Shown piece after piece: positions 14,576-29,045 of a stretch of DNA of 64,000 bases. A program made the position numbers and the translations under genes. Positions within the stretch are counted from its first letter, which is position 1. Each line of letters starts with the position of its first letter. Location of the stretch: assembly GCA_028023455.1 (NCBI GenBank), contig JAQFVV010000007.1, positions 806,001 to 870,000 of the forward strand. The letters run 5' to 3'. This stretch comes from Epiperipatus broadwayi (Eukaryota; Animalia; Onychophora). The notes below the pieces were generated by a model. That model ran no database searches and had not been told where the DNA came from. It saw only the letters and a list, made by a program, of their open reading frames with translations.

Positions 14576-17500
14576 ATGTTTAAAAGTTGCATTGTTTTAT
14601 AAATATATTTACACACACACTGCTAAAAAGTAAATTATTTTTCAAATAATTGACAACAGACTGCCAGCTTACATTTTTAAGTTTTAGTTTCTAGTCAGAT
14701 AAAAATTTGTATTCATATTTAATTTGTACGTATATATGTAAAGTATAAAGTTTGCATATACATGTGTAAACTAATAAGTTACCCATTATATATATATAGT
14801 GCCCTTTTCTATAGAACAGAATTTATTCATTATAGAAATTTACTAAAAAAATTTAAATTTAGGATATGTTCTCTTTGTACAATGATTTTATTATATTGAT
14901 AATCTTTTAAAAGTTCAATTTAAAGCAAAATAAAGATATTTAAGGCTTAACATTATGCTAAATAACATTAAAACAGTTAAATAAAGCTAAAAGTATTAAT
15001 TCCATATGGTTAGGAAAGCTGGACATAATAAATAATGTAGCAATAAATGTTTAAAATATATTTTAAAAGTTGAATTTTAATAGCTAAAACTTGTAATTAA
15101 ATAAATACTATATTTTAAAGTATAAATTATATCTAATAATTATATTTAATATTATACATTTTAAAAGTAATCTTTGTGGTAGGAGAAATTATATTTAATT
15201 CTATATTTTCAAAATTATTATTCCAAATTTTATTACTATATTATTTATTTAATGTAATAATTGTTGCAATTAACATTTTTCAGACAGAAGTTTGATACAG
15301 TCTGTCTTAGTTATAAGTCATGTGACCTGTATAATACAGACATGCACACATGCTTACTAGTATTTGTGTTAACAATGTTTCAAAATTACTTTTAAAAAAA
15401 AGTTATACTATAGAATTGAATATACTTATTTACCTATCACAAGAGAAACTATTAAAGTTAATTATCGTAAAATGTTTAAAATAGTATTATAAAACGAATG
15501 TAGTTAGTTAAAATTAAATATATAGTTTTAAATAAAATAGATACATTAAAAATAAAAGGTGGGATAACTTGATAAAATATTGTTTTTAAAAGTCATTTTA
15601 AAGTGTTTGGTTAATTTTTAATAAAGCATAAAGTTGATTTAAAATTAATATCTTAAATAATATTTTAAATAAAAATGAGTCATATTTTATTTTTTAAAAT
15701 TAATTGTGCAATACTAAAATCATATGCAAATTAAGTAACAGATGAAAAGCAAAATCCACCAATAAGGTGATGTAGTTTGTTGGGTATAAATACTGCTGCA
15801 TGATTAGTTCTTGGTTGTTGCTAGTAATTTCTAAAATTTTATACTTCTTTGAAAAAAAAATTTTTTAGTCAATTTAGTGCTCTCTTATAATTTATTTGCA
15901 ACTGATAAGGATATCAATTTTAAGTATTTAAAGAGAGCATATTATAAATAAATTATAATAAGTTTTATGTAAAGGATGCATTGTTAAAAGCTAAATTCCC
16001 TTGTCAGAATTTTTGTCAAAACTTAATTCAGCTTCACATTGAAATATGGAAATACTAATGAGTAATACGTATTTATTTAAAAGATTTTTGAAAGTAAAAT
16101 TTATAATTATTAATATGGTATTGATAGTTTTATCAAGGAAAACTATTTTATTAAATAAAGAGTTATATTGGACATTATATGGAAAACTTAACAGGAAAGA
16201 TACTCGGAAATTTAAATTTATAATGCATTTTCTAGTATTGAGATAGTCATATCAGAGACTGATGAATAATAAGACAAACTCATGATAAATTTTATGTGGG
16301 AAATAAAGCTATGGAAGTAAAATGTTTTATCTTTTTGAAGAAAAACACGAATAATTTAAAGAAAAAGCTGTCAGAAATAATAACTAAATGAATATATTCT
16401 AAAGCATATGTAATAAATCTAAAATATTATAAGATTATATGTTTTAAAATAATTTATTTAAAAAAAACGATAATTTGAATAATAATGGAAATAACCATAC
16501 TTGTATTTAAAAAAATGATAGATATCCTGACAAATAAAGCCAATAGATGAAGGAATTACAAATAAGTAATTATTGAATTCATGGAAATAATTTTTAAAAA
16601 TTGCACAAAAGTCATATCGGATGTCCGAAGTCAAGTCGCCATATATAATGCATTACAAAGCCGATACAGGATCCTAAGGAAAAAAGCTTTGAAATATTAT
16701 TTTTCAATATTATTGTTTTATTATTATTTTAATAATCATTGTTCTGAATAATAGAAACTATGAACTATTATTCTATAAACTTTTCCAGAACAGATCAATG
16801 ATTATTTTTGTTTATTTTCCTAGATTTTTAGATGTCACCTTTATTTTTATTTTTATCATTTATTTTAAAACTTCAGTCATTTTGGAAGGAATACTGGGCA
16901 TGTGCCAATTTCGGGAGAGTTTTGCTTTGTTTCTCATCGTCAAGCATCTGAATAAAGAATATAGCAACAAAGGTTGGCAGTTGTAATCGCTCCTCAAGAG
17001 AAATTTAAAAAAAAAAAACTCAACGAAAATAAAAACATTTTATTTTGTAAAGAACATTCGTCTCAATATAGAAGATATATGTAATTATTGTCTTGATTTT
17101 TTTTATTAACTTTAGTTTTAAGTGTAATATTATTTAATTAGTAAAATAGGTACATAAATATTAATTTAGTTACTAATGATATTATAGTTTTATAATAAAT
17201 ATTTTGATAATTTTAAAATAAATTAACATTTCTACATGTGATAGTATGAATGCCTATTATATTATGCAATGTTCATTTTAATTGATGGCCAAGAAGACAT
17301 CATAAGTGATTTGACAAGTTGATATCACTTAGGTAATAGTTGTAGATATTGATATTTTATGATGTATTTTTCTTTTGCAGATTATTAATGAATTATATAA
17401 TGTTGAAGGATGAATGTTTGGTTATATGTGAATACATTTATACAACACATTAAAAATATAAGATTAGAATTTATTTATTCTAAGGATATGCATGCTTTAA

Positions 17501-18573
17501 TTTCATATTACTAGAATAATGTAACATGATGATGAATAATTATATGATTCTTTTACAAAGGACTTTAATGTTTTAGATATTTAAAGTAAGAATAAATTAT
17601 TATTTTGTATTTTGTTCAAGAATATTGGATGGAAAAGTAAAGTAATCTTTTTCTTGTTGATTGGTTGAGATCATTATAATTACAACTGAACTTTGTTTGT
17701 TGTTTTGACTATGTTAGTTAGTCTTATTTGTCAATGTAGATTTGATAAATCTATAGGAAAATTTTATAAGATAGTGACTTGGTAGTAATTTTAAAAAACT
17801 TGAAACCAATGAGATGTTATTAATGAAGGATTTATTATGGGAACAGGAATAAAATTTTATAATCTTATTAAGTATAGAGGTACAGTTAACAAAGCCCTGT
17901 AGCTGGTATATTTTATCTGTGGGCAGTGTTTATTTTATATTGAATATTGATGTTTTAGAAAGCTGAAATAATAGCTTTGACATCGTTGTTGGTAGTGGAA
18001 GATATTAGACAAATAGGTCATCCTCTATTTTATTGATGCACTGTGCCATTATGTTTTATCTAATATGTACTATTGAGTAAGACTCTAGTTTTTTTCCTGT
18101 GCCTACATATCTATTTGCTATCTCGATTTTCCAAAGTAATTATATCGCACAGTATCGTATTTTAAAAGGAAATGATAAATAATTTAGAATTTAAGGACTG
18201 TTATTGGATGAATAAGATAGGTTTATTTACTTATAAGGAAGAATAGAGTTAATGCAAAATGGAATTAAGAATCAAACAAAACTAAATGATAAAGAATCAT
18301 AGAATATGTTCTATATTTATTTTGGAAATAAAATAAATTTCATGAATAAATAAATGAAGTGAAGTTGCTCTGAAATTTTAAATAACTTCAAATATTTTTA
18401 TTTTATTTTATAAGTATTGCATATTTTTCAAGATGGATAATGTAGTAAAACAAAACAGTACAAAATAAGCATAGTTACAATTTTGTAGTTATTTTAATAA
18501 TTAAGAAGTACATCAGTGATTGCAACTATTCCATATTAAAATAATATTAAGTAGGAGATATTGGGTATAATAA

Positions 18574-18870
<297 letters not shown>

Positions 18871-20210
18871 TGATTAGTAATGATGTCTACATATTGTATT
18901 AATAAACCAACATTGGATGTTTTGTGTATAATACTAATAACATTGCAAAATGAGAAATTATTTAGTGATAAGATCTATATTCGATATTGTTATTTTTTGT
19001 GTTTTCCACTTTATGCTTCAATGTATGTTTGAAAGAAACATATTATAATAATATTTAAAGAGATAATATTTTTAGAATTAATGTAAAGTGATTATATTTT
19101 TATTATAAATATTAACAAAGAAGGGAATAGAAAATTGTATTATATTTTTTTAAGTCGGAGTGAAGACTTAAATTGATGGTTTATTGTATTAGTAGTTACG
19201 ATGAATAATAGATGTATAATGGTGCAAGACTTATTATACAAATTGTAAATATTGTAAATAGATCATTGTTTATTTTATTTGTTGTAATAAAATTTTGTTA
19301 AACTTGTTGTCAAAATTTGTGTATTAAGATTGTTTTCTCTTCCACATCACACAACATGTTGAAACACAGAGGTTTTGAACCAAGATGTAACATTTGCGTA
19401 GAAATAAATAAAGTATTATTTAAGAATTATAATATTTTCTTACGATTATTTTTTTTTATGGTCATAAGTTAATTATTATAATAGTACACCGAATTATAAT
19501 GCTATCCTTTGCCACACATATATTTTTCAGATTATAAGATGCTACCACATTTTTATCACAAGATAATATGAAAGATAAAGATTATATTATAGTATTTCTT
19601 TATTATTATTATAGCGAATAAGAATTATAGTGGAGAAAAAGATATATAAGATTAAATCATACAATGAAGAATATTATTATTATTTATTATATTTGTTAGT
19701 AGTTAGGTGTGGATGAGTATGATATTAAATCTCTTATCATACTTTACTACAGTAATTTTGATTAAGTATTTTTATGAACCTGAGATTTTATTTAGCTAAA
19801 TTATTGTAGATAAAGAGACTAAGATTTATTTATTAATGTAATCTTAATGATTAGTTATTATTGAAGTTGTAAGAATGCTATAGATTTATTATTTGAGATA
19901 GTAATGGGGGGATAGTGTTCTTATGCCGTTGAGGTAGTATCCTGTGGGATATAGGCTCAAGGTATTCTTTCTTGCCACTTGTATCTCACTTCCAAGTCTC
20001 ATAATTTAATAAGTATTTATTTATTTATTTTTATAAACTGAACCTTATTATTATTTTTATTAATTTGAGCTAGTAGAATATTTAATATTAATGCAGAATA
20101 TTTTATTTATCAATTATTTGGAATTAACCGAACATAATCATTAACTGAGCTAGACCCATTTTACTTAATATTATATTTACCAGAAGTGAGGGTACACATG
20201 CAAGGTTAGA

Positions 20211-20215
<5 letters not shown>

Positions 20216-20283
<68 letters not shown>
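20216..20283. repeat. (TA)n microsatellite
   Basis: Directly visible. Confidence 0.99.
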
Positions 20284-20287
<4 letters not shown>

Positions 20288-23200
20288 CCTTTGGTTTCTT
20301 TCATACAGAAACCAATGATTGGAAAATAAATGGTAGGGTTAATTTCTCAACTATTTATAAGTAAAAAAAATTTTTTTAAGTTTAAGAAAAATTGAAAAGC
20401 TTTATTTGGAGAGATTAGAGAACTGTGTGACTTAATTTTATTATATATAGAAGAATATGTTTGTATTTATTTAAAATTATAGTAGAATTATCTAGAGGGA
20501 AGAGCAATTGCCTGTTGCACATGCTATAATATCTAAAAAATAAATATTTGTATGTCTAAAATAAGAAGCCTTTGTGAATCATAATATTTATCAATAAAAA
20601 TGTTGATACAATTTGAAATTGAACTAGTTATAGATAGCCTTAGTTTGACAGTCCTTTTCATGATATAGGTTTTAAAATTATAGGAAATTAAAAAAGACAT
20701 TTGGTATTAATGTGAATAAAAGATATTTTGTACTAATATGAATCTGAACAAGCAGTTCTGTATTTAGTGTTGTGCATGCATATGTGCATGTGTAATGCAT
20801 ATCTAGATTTTTTGTAGAAATTTGTGCATTGTGCTCTGTATTATTTGATAATATAGTGTAAAATAAATTTATTTGTATAGGAATTATTTATTGTTTTCAG
20901 CTCTAAACTAGATTTAAGTTTTAAATAACAGAATTCTTTAAATCATATCTGTTTTACAAAATTACCAGTAATTCTATATTTCTTTTTAATGGTTTTCATA
21001 AATCAAAGGCAATGTGTTCACGAAATTGAACTGAAGATAATAAGCTAAACTAACATGTAACAGATGGGTTCAAAAGGTTGATTGGGGGAAGAAAGTCATA
21101 AATTAAAGAAAACCAGGCATGGGAAAGGGAAACTGGCAGATGATTTTTTTCTCTGGTTTATAAAAGGAGCTAGGGAAGGTGAAGGGGGGATACTCTGAAC
21201 TATACTTGCTCATTTATATCTGACCATTCTCATTTTCTCTTTAGGAGGGCAACAAATGATTCAATTTGTTAAGAAGTGTATAAGTATTACTTAAAGATGA
21301 AGTGCTAATTGAATAATAAATGATGTATAATTTTCTCTTTCCTAGATCAGTTATGACCAAATTAGTTTGTAGTAAAAGATTTTGTATTCAGTACACATCT
21401 CAAGAATGGTATTGTATCCATGGCTGTTAATAAAACTCCAAGGGGAACAATCAAACTTTTATATAAAGTAAATGACTAATCCATATTTTTAACAGTAAAA
21501 TTTGTCTATTTTGATTGGGATTTGATCCTAAAATGACAAAAAGAAAAGCATCTAGAACATTATTTTATTTGAAATTTTTTTTTTTCCTAAAAAAACCAAA
21601 GAAAAAAGGAAAACAAAAAACCAAGAAAATAAGAAAAATGTTGATATTTGAAAAAGCTAAAAAGTGAAACCAAGCATCTAAATTTAAACCCAGGAAGAAA
21701 AATATACAAAATGTGTAAGTAATCTGCAGGAATCAATTTCAAACACTTTTAATTATCATGATCAATGTAACTACATCATGATTAAAGGAACATTATGTGC
21801 ATCTATAAAATATACATTTTCCAAGAAAGTGAACTAAATGGTAATTGGTGTTGGTGGAAATGCAAAACAAAGAGACTGTGTCATTTATAATGTTTATTAT
21901 TTATTATTATTGTTGCTTTATTTATATGTGTAGTGTGGTTGATAGAGATTCAACAATTATATTAATATTATTTTTTTTAAATTAAAAAAAAAGAAAAATG
22001 ATTTTGACCGATAATGACCCATTGAAATTTTAAAAAGGAGGGGGGGGATTAAAAAATTGTTAATGTGTAATAATGAAGTATAAATGTTTACTATGTAAAA
22101 AAATAGAAAAGATTTTTTTTTATTATCAAAATTATATGCTTAGTATAGAATGTATAAAAGTGATTGGATGATCATGTGAATAGTCATTGCTATGCTATAA
22201 TATGTTGATTCGATCTGTTATTATTATAAAGATTGGTGGGTGTTGCTGTGTTCTTGACTTTGTAAATTAAGATAGTTCATGGGTTTGATTTGTGATCCGG
22301 TCAGACTTTGTCATTTGCATCAAGACTGTAATTGCCCTATGTGGGTGTAGATGTAAAACTATAAATGCTTGTTATTACTGAGGTAGAGTTATCTTACTAT
22401 CTCAAAGGGATAGATAGGAAATAACTATCTCATAATTTATTTACTATTGCAGTAGATCGAGGACCAGTTCCCAGCTCCATTTGTTTTCATTTAAGTAGGG
22501 AATTATTGATAGAGTTGTAGAAAATGTTATGCATGCTTATATAGAGTAAGTGTGTAGAGACTATAGTTCTTCACATAATTCTAGCCTCAGAAAAGGCTTC
22601 TCTCTGTAGAATGCTGATATTTGAAGTTGTGAGTTGTTTAATTTCCCTTATTGAAACACTTATGTATGCATTATGAAGTGCTGTATAGTGCTATGAAATA
22701 TATAGAGGTTTTTTAATTTATTTTTTGCAAGACAAGATAAATGTCAGATGTGTGTGTTGATGTGGGGGGTGACAAAGAGTTTAGTTTATAAGCTGACTGA
22801 TCTGTGGTCAGAGTTTGTGAAGAATAATAAAATTGAACATTGTCAAGCTGGGGCAACACACTGGCCTATCAAAATGTATACAATCACTAAAGTGGAAAGT
22901 GGTGAATATTTAACATACATGAATGTCAAATTATGGTTTATATTTAAACCTATTTGTTGGACCGATTAGAGATTTTACATGTCACATCAACTTTTCATAG
23001 GAAATATAAGAGAGATTATTGCTTGTTGGGAATAATTAAATATATAATTATTGTAAAGATGTTATTGCTTGTTAGAATAGTTCAATTTATAATGGTTGTA
23101 ATAAAAGGGGAGCAGAAATCTATAGGTTCTATGCAAAGTTATAAGAAAATTTCATGTATACTTAAATACGGAATTCTGATTCCGTGTGTAAGCATATTAG

Positions 23201-23495
23201 TATTCAATTAAAAGATGGGTCAAGACAATGATTAAGTTATAAAGAAATTTAGCTAATGTAAATATGTATTATGTATCATTATTATCATTATTTAGTAGAT
23301 TTCATATAATATTTGAGTGTAGTGATATTATAGATGTGTTTGTTTTTTTATTATTATTATTGTAATAAAGATTTGTTATTGTTACGAATTTACATGCGAG
23401 TCTTGTGTTTGATATTTCGAATATTTCCAGAATCTATATCCAGCACTTATATCTAGAATTAATATCAGATCACATTTAAATTTGCATAATTGTCT

Positions 23496-23670
23496 TATAT
23501 TGATTGATTCCATAGTTGATTTACATTATTCGTTTTATATTGATTGATTCCATAGTTGATTTACATAATTCAGTTTTATATTGATTGATTTCCATAGTTT
23601 ATTTGTATAATTTATTTCTATGATTGATTTCCATGTTTCACTTACATAATTGATTTACTTGATCGATTTC
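23496..23670. repeat. Minisatellite, ~40 bp unit, 4-5 decaying copies
   Basis: tatattgattgattccatagttgatttaca... repeated. Confidence 0.85.
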
Positions 23671-24092
23671 CCATTATTAATGTCCATGGTTTACTTCCAT
23701 AGTTTACTTTGGCAAAAAAATGTAATAGATTTAAAAGTACTAATTAAATTTGGGCAAACATGATATGAAATAGAATAAGATGAAAGAAAATAGTCAATTT
23801 AGGTATATTAAATTTAGTCATATGGTTTGTTGCAATGTTATGAACATTGGGAGCAGACATAAAATCCCTTTTCTGTTTTCGGTATTTAATATTATTCCCA
23901 CTGGTAAACTCACATTAAAGTTTAATTTAGCAAATTTTGAGATAATATCCATTGCATTGTAATTGTTCATAATTGCTCTTTGTTAGCAGATCAAGATCTT
24001 GAGAAAAAGTATTTCGATTATTAGATCTGAGAGCTAGCTTGGAAGTCAAGTAGTGCAGGTATTAAAATTTGGGAAATATTATTATAATAATG

Positions 24093-24454
24093 ATAATAAC
24101 GTGAAAGCTAAACACCTTCAAACAGATACGCTTTAAAAATGCTTAAGTGACAGCCAATCAGATGGAATAATGGCATCACATGGGACCCCAAGTTCTAAAA
24201 CACAAGCCAGAACTATTAGAAAAAGATGGATCCAGAATAAGTGGATCCATCCTAATCTATGCCTCAATTATATTTAAATAAGCCAGACTCAAGCATTTTG
24301 AACTAAGAGTGTGAAGCTAAATACCTTCTAATAGTTCTGGCTTGTGTTTTAGAACTTGGGGTCCCATGTGATGCCATTATTCCATCTGATTGGCTGTCAC
24401 TTAAGCATTTTTAAAGCGTATCTGTTTGAAGGTGTTTAGCTTTCACGTTATTAT
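24093..24454. repeat. 129-bp perfect inverted repeat with 104-bp spacer (fold-back or paired MITE)
   Basis: 24093-24221 is the reverse complement of 24326-24454. Confidence 0.95.
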
Positions 24455-25256
24455 ATTATCTGTTTACGCTTAAATTTAATATATTTATAATAATGATAAT
24501 GAGTCTATAGTCGGTTGGAAGGTATATATGTATGTTTAAGGAAATAGGAATAAGAGTTATCAGTTAAGAACATATCAAGGAGAACACAACACAGACAGTC
24601 AGTGTTATATAATTGTAACTATTGAAAGTGATAGATGCTGAGAACGAAAAATAAAGTAGTGGGATTAAATGGGAAGGATTTATTTATAACATTTCTTTAT
24701 TCTACTTTAAATTAAATAATAATTTTATATTATAAGTATAAGTTATGAGTTCTCCACATCGATTACTAATTTATTTCTAGTCATGTATGTATTAGAAATG
24801 TATACAACTTTCTCATAGTTACTACTTAGAGATCATGTATTTATATAAGGTTGTGGAAGAAAGTTGTCTCATTATTATTCAGTTAGTAATGAGAATTTAT
24901 CATCAAAACATTTGCATAATTATTCCTAGGTTTGAAACCAAGACCACAATAAATTGAATTGATTTATCAACATTATATTTTTTTTGAGAAACAATTTAAT
25001 TATTTTCTCCATTGTCTTCTATAGTAATAAGCATGGATGAAGATGATCTCTGGTGGGCATTATGATTTCATAGTTGCAATTTGGTGCCTGGGTATACTTA
25101 GTCTTATTATTAATATCATTAGATAAACACACTAGTTGACCTTGTTTGATCCCAAGGTTCGATTCAATCGAATAGCTACTTGAACTAAAGTTGAGGTTAC
25201 TATATATATATATATATATATAGTAACCTCAATGTCTGTATTCCAATTATAATAAA

Positions 25257-26400
25257 ATATATATAATTATTCAAAACAATACAATAATTAATACAGTAAC
25301 AATATTTTAAACAAATATATACCAATTTAATAGAAGTACTTTCAACTATCTATGTAGTCGTTGTCAACTAGACTCAAATTGTATTAGAAAAAACCGTTAC
25401 AAATGTAAACAAAAGCAATACGTCATACATCAATTTTCCCACAATTCATTAATTTTTATATTGGCTGTCTGTCTATTTATCAACTGTTGCTTTTCACTTT
25501 TTATTAACATAGCTTCTTTAATTTTGCGTTTATTATTATTTCTTTCAATACACAGAATTTTAACTTTATTAAAATCAAAATCAAAACCATAATTACATGT
25601 TACATTATGATCAAAAAATACTGATGGTGATACATCATCATTTCTAACATTCTCTTGTCTTGATTTTTGCACTCTTTTATATAATAACAAATGCTCCCTT
25701 GATCTTTTCTCCAATGTACATCGAGATTCCCCAATATATGCCTTTCCACAAAAACATAGCCATTTATATATTGCACAACTTTGATTTAAAATACCACACC
25801 TATTTTTTGAATTATTTATTAATCTATTTAAATTAGGAGTAGTATAAAATGCAACTCGACATATATTTTTATATATCTGTTTTATAAATTTAACCTGTTC
25901 ATTACAAATAAATGGTATTGATATCCAAGTATATTTTATTTTATCAATATCTATAGCATCTAAAATATTTCTATTATTATTAAACTTAGTAATAATATTA
26001 TAAATTAATTTATGATCATATCCAACATTTAACTAATCCATAATAAATACATTTACTTATTTTATCAGAACTATATTTACATAATTTATTATTCCTAAAT
26101 AAAAATGATTTTAAACTGGATAATTTATGTGCAATTGGCACATTTGAATACCAAGGAATATATCCTCTTTTTTCAATATCTTTTATTACCATACAATAAT
26201 CTAATTTATTTTTATTACGTGTAACTTTAATATCTAAATACTGAATTGACTTTTTTTCTTCAAAAGATTTACTCCATTTTAAACCTTCTAAACTATTTAA
26301 TTCATTGAATAATACATTTATAATATCTAAACTTCCACAAACGAAAACATCATCAACATACCTGTAATAAATTTTAATACCTTGGCAATATATATTAGTA
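25257..26400 (-). repeat. Inverted copy of the Penelope 3' end (RT C-terminus, GIY-YIG, 3' UTR)
   Basis: ORF 25430-25714(-) matches the C-terminus of ORF 28019-28747(+). Confidence 0.95.
25323..25381 (-). ncRNA. Hammerhead ribozyme variant (copy in the inverted pLTR)
   Basis: Exact reverse complement of 28835-28893. Confidence 0.6.
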
Positions 26401-26430
26401 CGTTTAATTTGGAGTATTAAAATTTTTAAT

Positions 26431-28786
26431 ATGGATAATCAAATTTGGATTTTACAAGAATGGAAGCGAGTGTCAATGAGAATAATACGTCTAAAAGGTA
26501 GATTGCAATTTTTATATAATTGTAAAATGAGTCATATTTTCCAAACTGTTGCAACGTTAAAATAAATAAGGAATGTAATTTGCAAGATACTAAAATACAA
26601 GATATTAAAATGATTATTTTACGGAATATAATAAGTCAATGCAAATGTTTTTTGTTTAACCAGCGTAAATATTTAAAGTGTTTAAATTATTTTATTAATC
26701 TTCATGATGTTGATGAATGGTTTAATTATAAAAGTCGATGTCAATATTATTTGAATAACTACTATATAAAAATTTATAAAAAATTTAATCGTAAAATTAC
26801 ATTTCTATATAATAAAAATGTAAATAGAAGAAAAAATAGTAACTATGTCAATTTATCTAACATGGATATTGATTTTCAACAAGAATATATTTTGAATTAT
26901 GGTTCTAAATACGTTGGTGGTATGTGGGTGGATTGTAATTTAGAGTTAAAAGCTGCTGTTGAACATTCTTTTAGTGTAATTAAATGTTCTCCTGAAATAT
27001 CAAAGGAATTAATACAAAAAGTGAATGTTAAGAAATTTAAAAATAGAACTAATTGCAATTGGAATTCGCATATATTTAGATTTAAAAACTTTCTTCATGA
27101 TAACGATCTTGTTTGTTTAAAAGAAGATAAGGGGTTAAGGTTATGTCTTATGTCAAAACTTGATTACTACGATAAAGTTTTAATTCAAATGGAAAAGCTT
27201 AAATTTAAACAAGTTGGAAAAATAAACATTGAAAATTTACGTGTAAAGTTTATTGATGATATTTTAAAAAAAGCTAAAAAGAATAAATATATAGATGCTC
27301 ATACCTATTATCGTCTTTATCCATCTGCTGCAATTTGTCCTAGAATTTTTTCGAATATTAAACTACATAAACAAGATAAACCTTTAAGATTAATGATTGA
27401 CTTTGGCGGATCATTTTACTATGAAACCTGTAGATTTATAGAAACATTATTAAAAGATGTTCTTGGATTTGGAAAATATACTATTAATTCATCGTTTGAT
27501 TTTGTAAAGAAAATTCAAAATATTAATATTAATAATAATGATAGTATTTGTACATTTGATATATGTGAGATGTACGGTTCAATAGATAGATTAAAATCTA
27601 TAAAAATTATATTAGATGCTTTAAGGTTAAAAAAAGTTGATGTTAAAAAAGTAAAATTTGTAAATGATGTATTATATTTTATTGATAAAAATATATATGC
27701 TATATTTAATGAAAATTATTATAAAATGGATTACGGATGGCCTATGGGACTTCCTGTAGTTTCACAAATATGTAGTTTTGTGGTATCAAGATATGAAGAT
27801 ATAATTCTTAATACTAATATATATTGCCAAGGTATTAAAATTTATTACAGGTATGTTGATGATGTTTTCGTTTGTGGAAGTTTAGATATTATAAATGTAT
27901 TATTCAATGAATTAAATAGTTTAGAAGGTTTAAAATGGAGTAAATCTTTTGAAGAAAAAAGTCAATTCAGTATTTAGATATTAAAGTTACACGTAATAAA
28001 AATAAATTAGATTATTGTATGGTAATAAAAGATATTGAAAAAAGAGGATATATTCCTTGGTATTCAAATGTGCCAATTGCACATAAATTATCCAGTTTAA
28101 AATCATTTTTATTTAGGAATAATAAATTATGTAAATATAGTTCTGATAAAATAAGTAACATAAATGTATTTATTATGGATTTGTTAAATGTTGGATATGA
28201 TCATAAATTAATTTATAATATTGTTACTAAGTTTAATAATAATAGAAATATTTTAGATGCTATAGATATTGATAAAATAAAATATACTTGGATATCAATA
28301 CCATTTATTTGTAATGAACAGGTTAAATTTATAAAACAGATATATAAAAATATATGTCGAGTTGCATTTTATACTACTCCTAATTTAAATAAATTAATAA
28401 ATAATTCAAAAAATAGGTGTGGTATTTTAAATCAAAGTTGTGCAATATATAAATGGCTATGTTTTTGTGGAAAGGCATATATTGGGGAATCTCGATGTAC
28501 ATTGGAGAAAAGATCAAGGGAGCATTTGTTATTATATAAAAGAGTGCAAAAATCAAGACAAGAGAATGTTAGAAATGATGATGTATCACCATCAGTATTT
28601 TTTGATCATAATGTAACATGTAATTATGGTTTTGATTTTGATTTTAATAAAGTTAAAATTCTGTGTATTGAAAGAAATAATAATAAACGCAAAATTAAAG
28701 AAGCTATGTTAATAAAAAGTGAAAAGCAACAGTTGATAAATAGATAGACAGCCAATATAAAAATTAATGAATTGTGGGAAAATTGA
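26431..28786 (+). pseudogene. Penelope RT-GIY-YIG polyprotein with two 1-nt homopolymer frameshifts and one nonsense codon
   Basis: ATG at 26431 (MDNQIWILQEWKRVSMRIIRLKGRLQFLYNCK); frameshift in the T run near 26537; frameshift in the A run at 27955-27960; TAG at 28745 where the inverted copy has CAG; natural stop at 28784-28786. Confidence 0.88.
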
Positions 28787-28834
28787 TGTATGACGTATTG
28801 CTTTTGTTTACATTTGTAACGGTTTTTTCTAATA

Positions 28835-28893
28835 CAATTTGAGTCTAGTTGACAACGACTACATAGATAGTTGAAAGTACTTCTATTAAATTG
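28835..28893 (+). ncRNA. Minimal type-I hammerhead ribozyme variant in the Penelope 3' UTR
   Basis: tag-TTGACAA-c-gacta(cataga)tagtt-GAAA-gtac-TT-cta; stem I extends with caattt/aaattg. Confidence 0.6.
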
Positions 28894-29005
28894 GTATATA
28901 TTTGTTTAAAATATTGTTACTGTATTAATTATTGTATTGTTTTGAATAATTATATATATATATATATATATATTTATGTATATATAAACTATTATTATAC
29001 TATAA

Positions 29006-29045
<40 letters not shown>

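Larger units (their letters stand above)
25257..28958 (+). mobile_element. Penelope-like retroelement with inverted pseudo-LTR
   Basis: RT motifs (CTFDICEMYGSI, GWPMGLP, YRYVDDVF) are followed by GIY-YIG (AIYKWLCFCGKAYIGES...REH). 25257-26400 is the reverse complement of ~27812-28958. Confidence 0.95.

Noticed and set aside
16046-16690. AT-rich ORF and IIRQTH..FY motif as a possible CNBD exon
   Set aside because: In-frame stops immediately upstream and no usable splice acceptor; no recognisable family.
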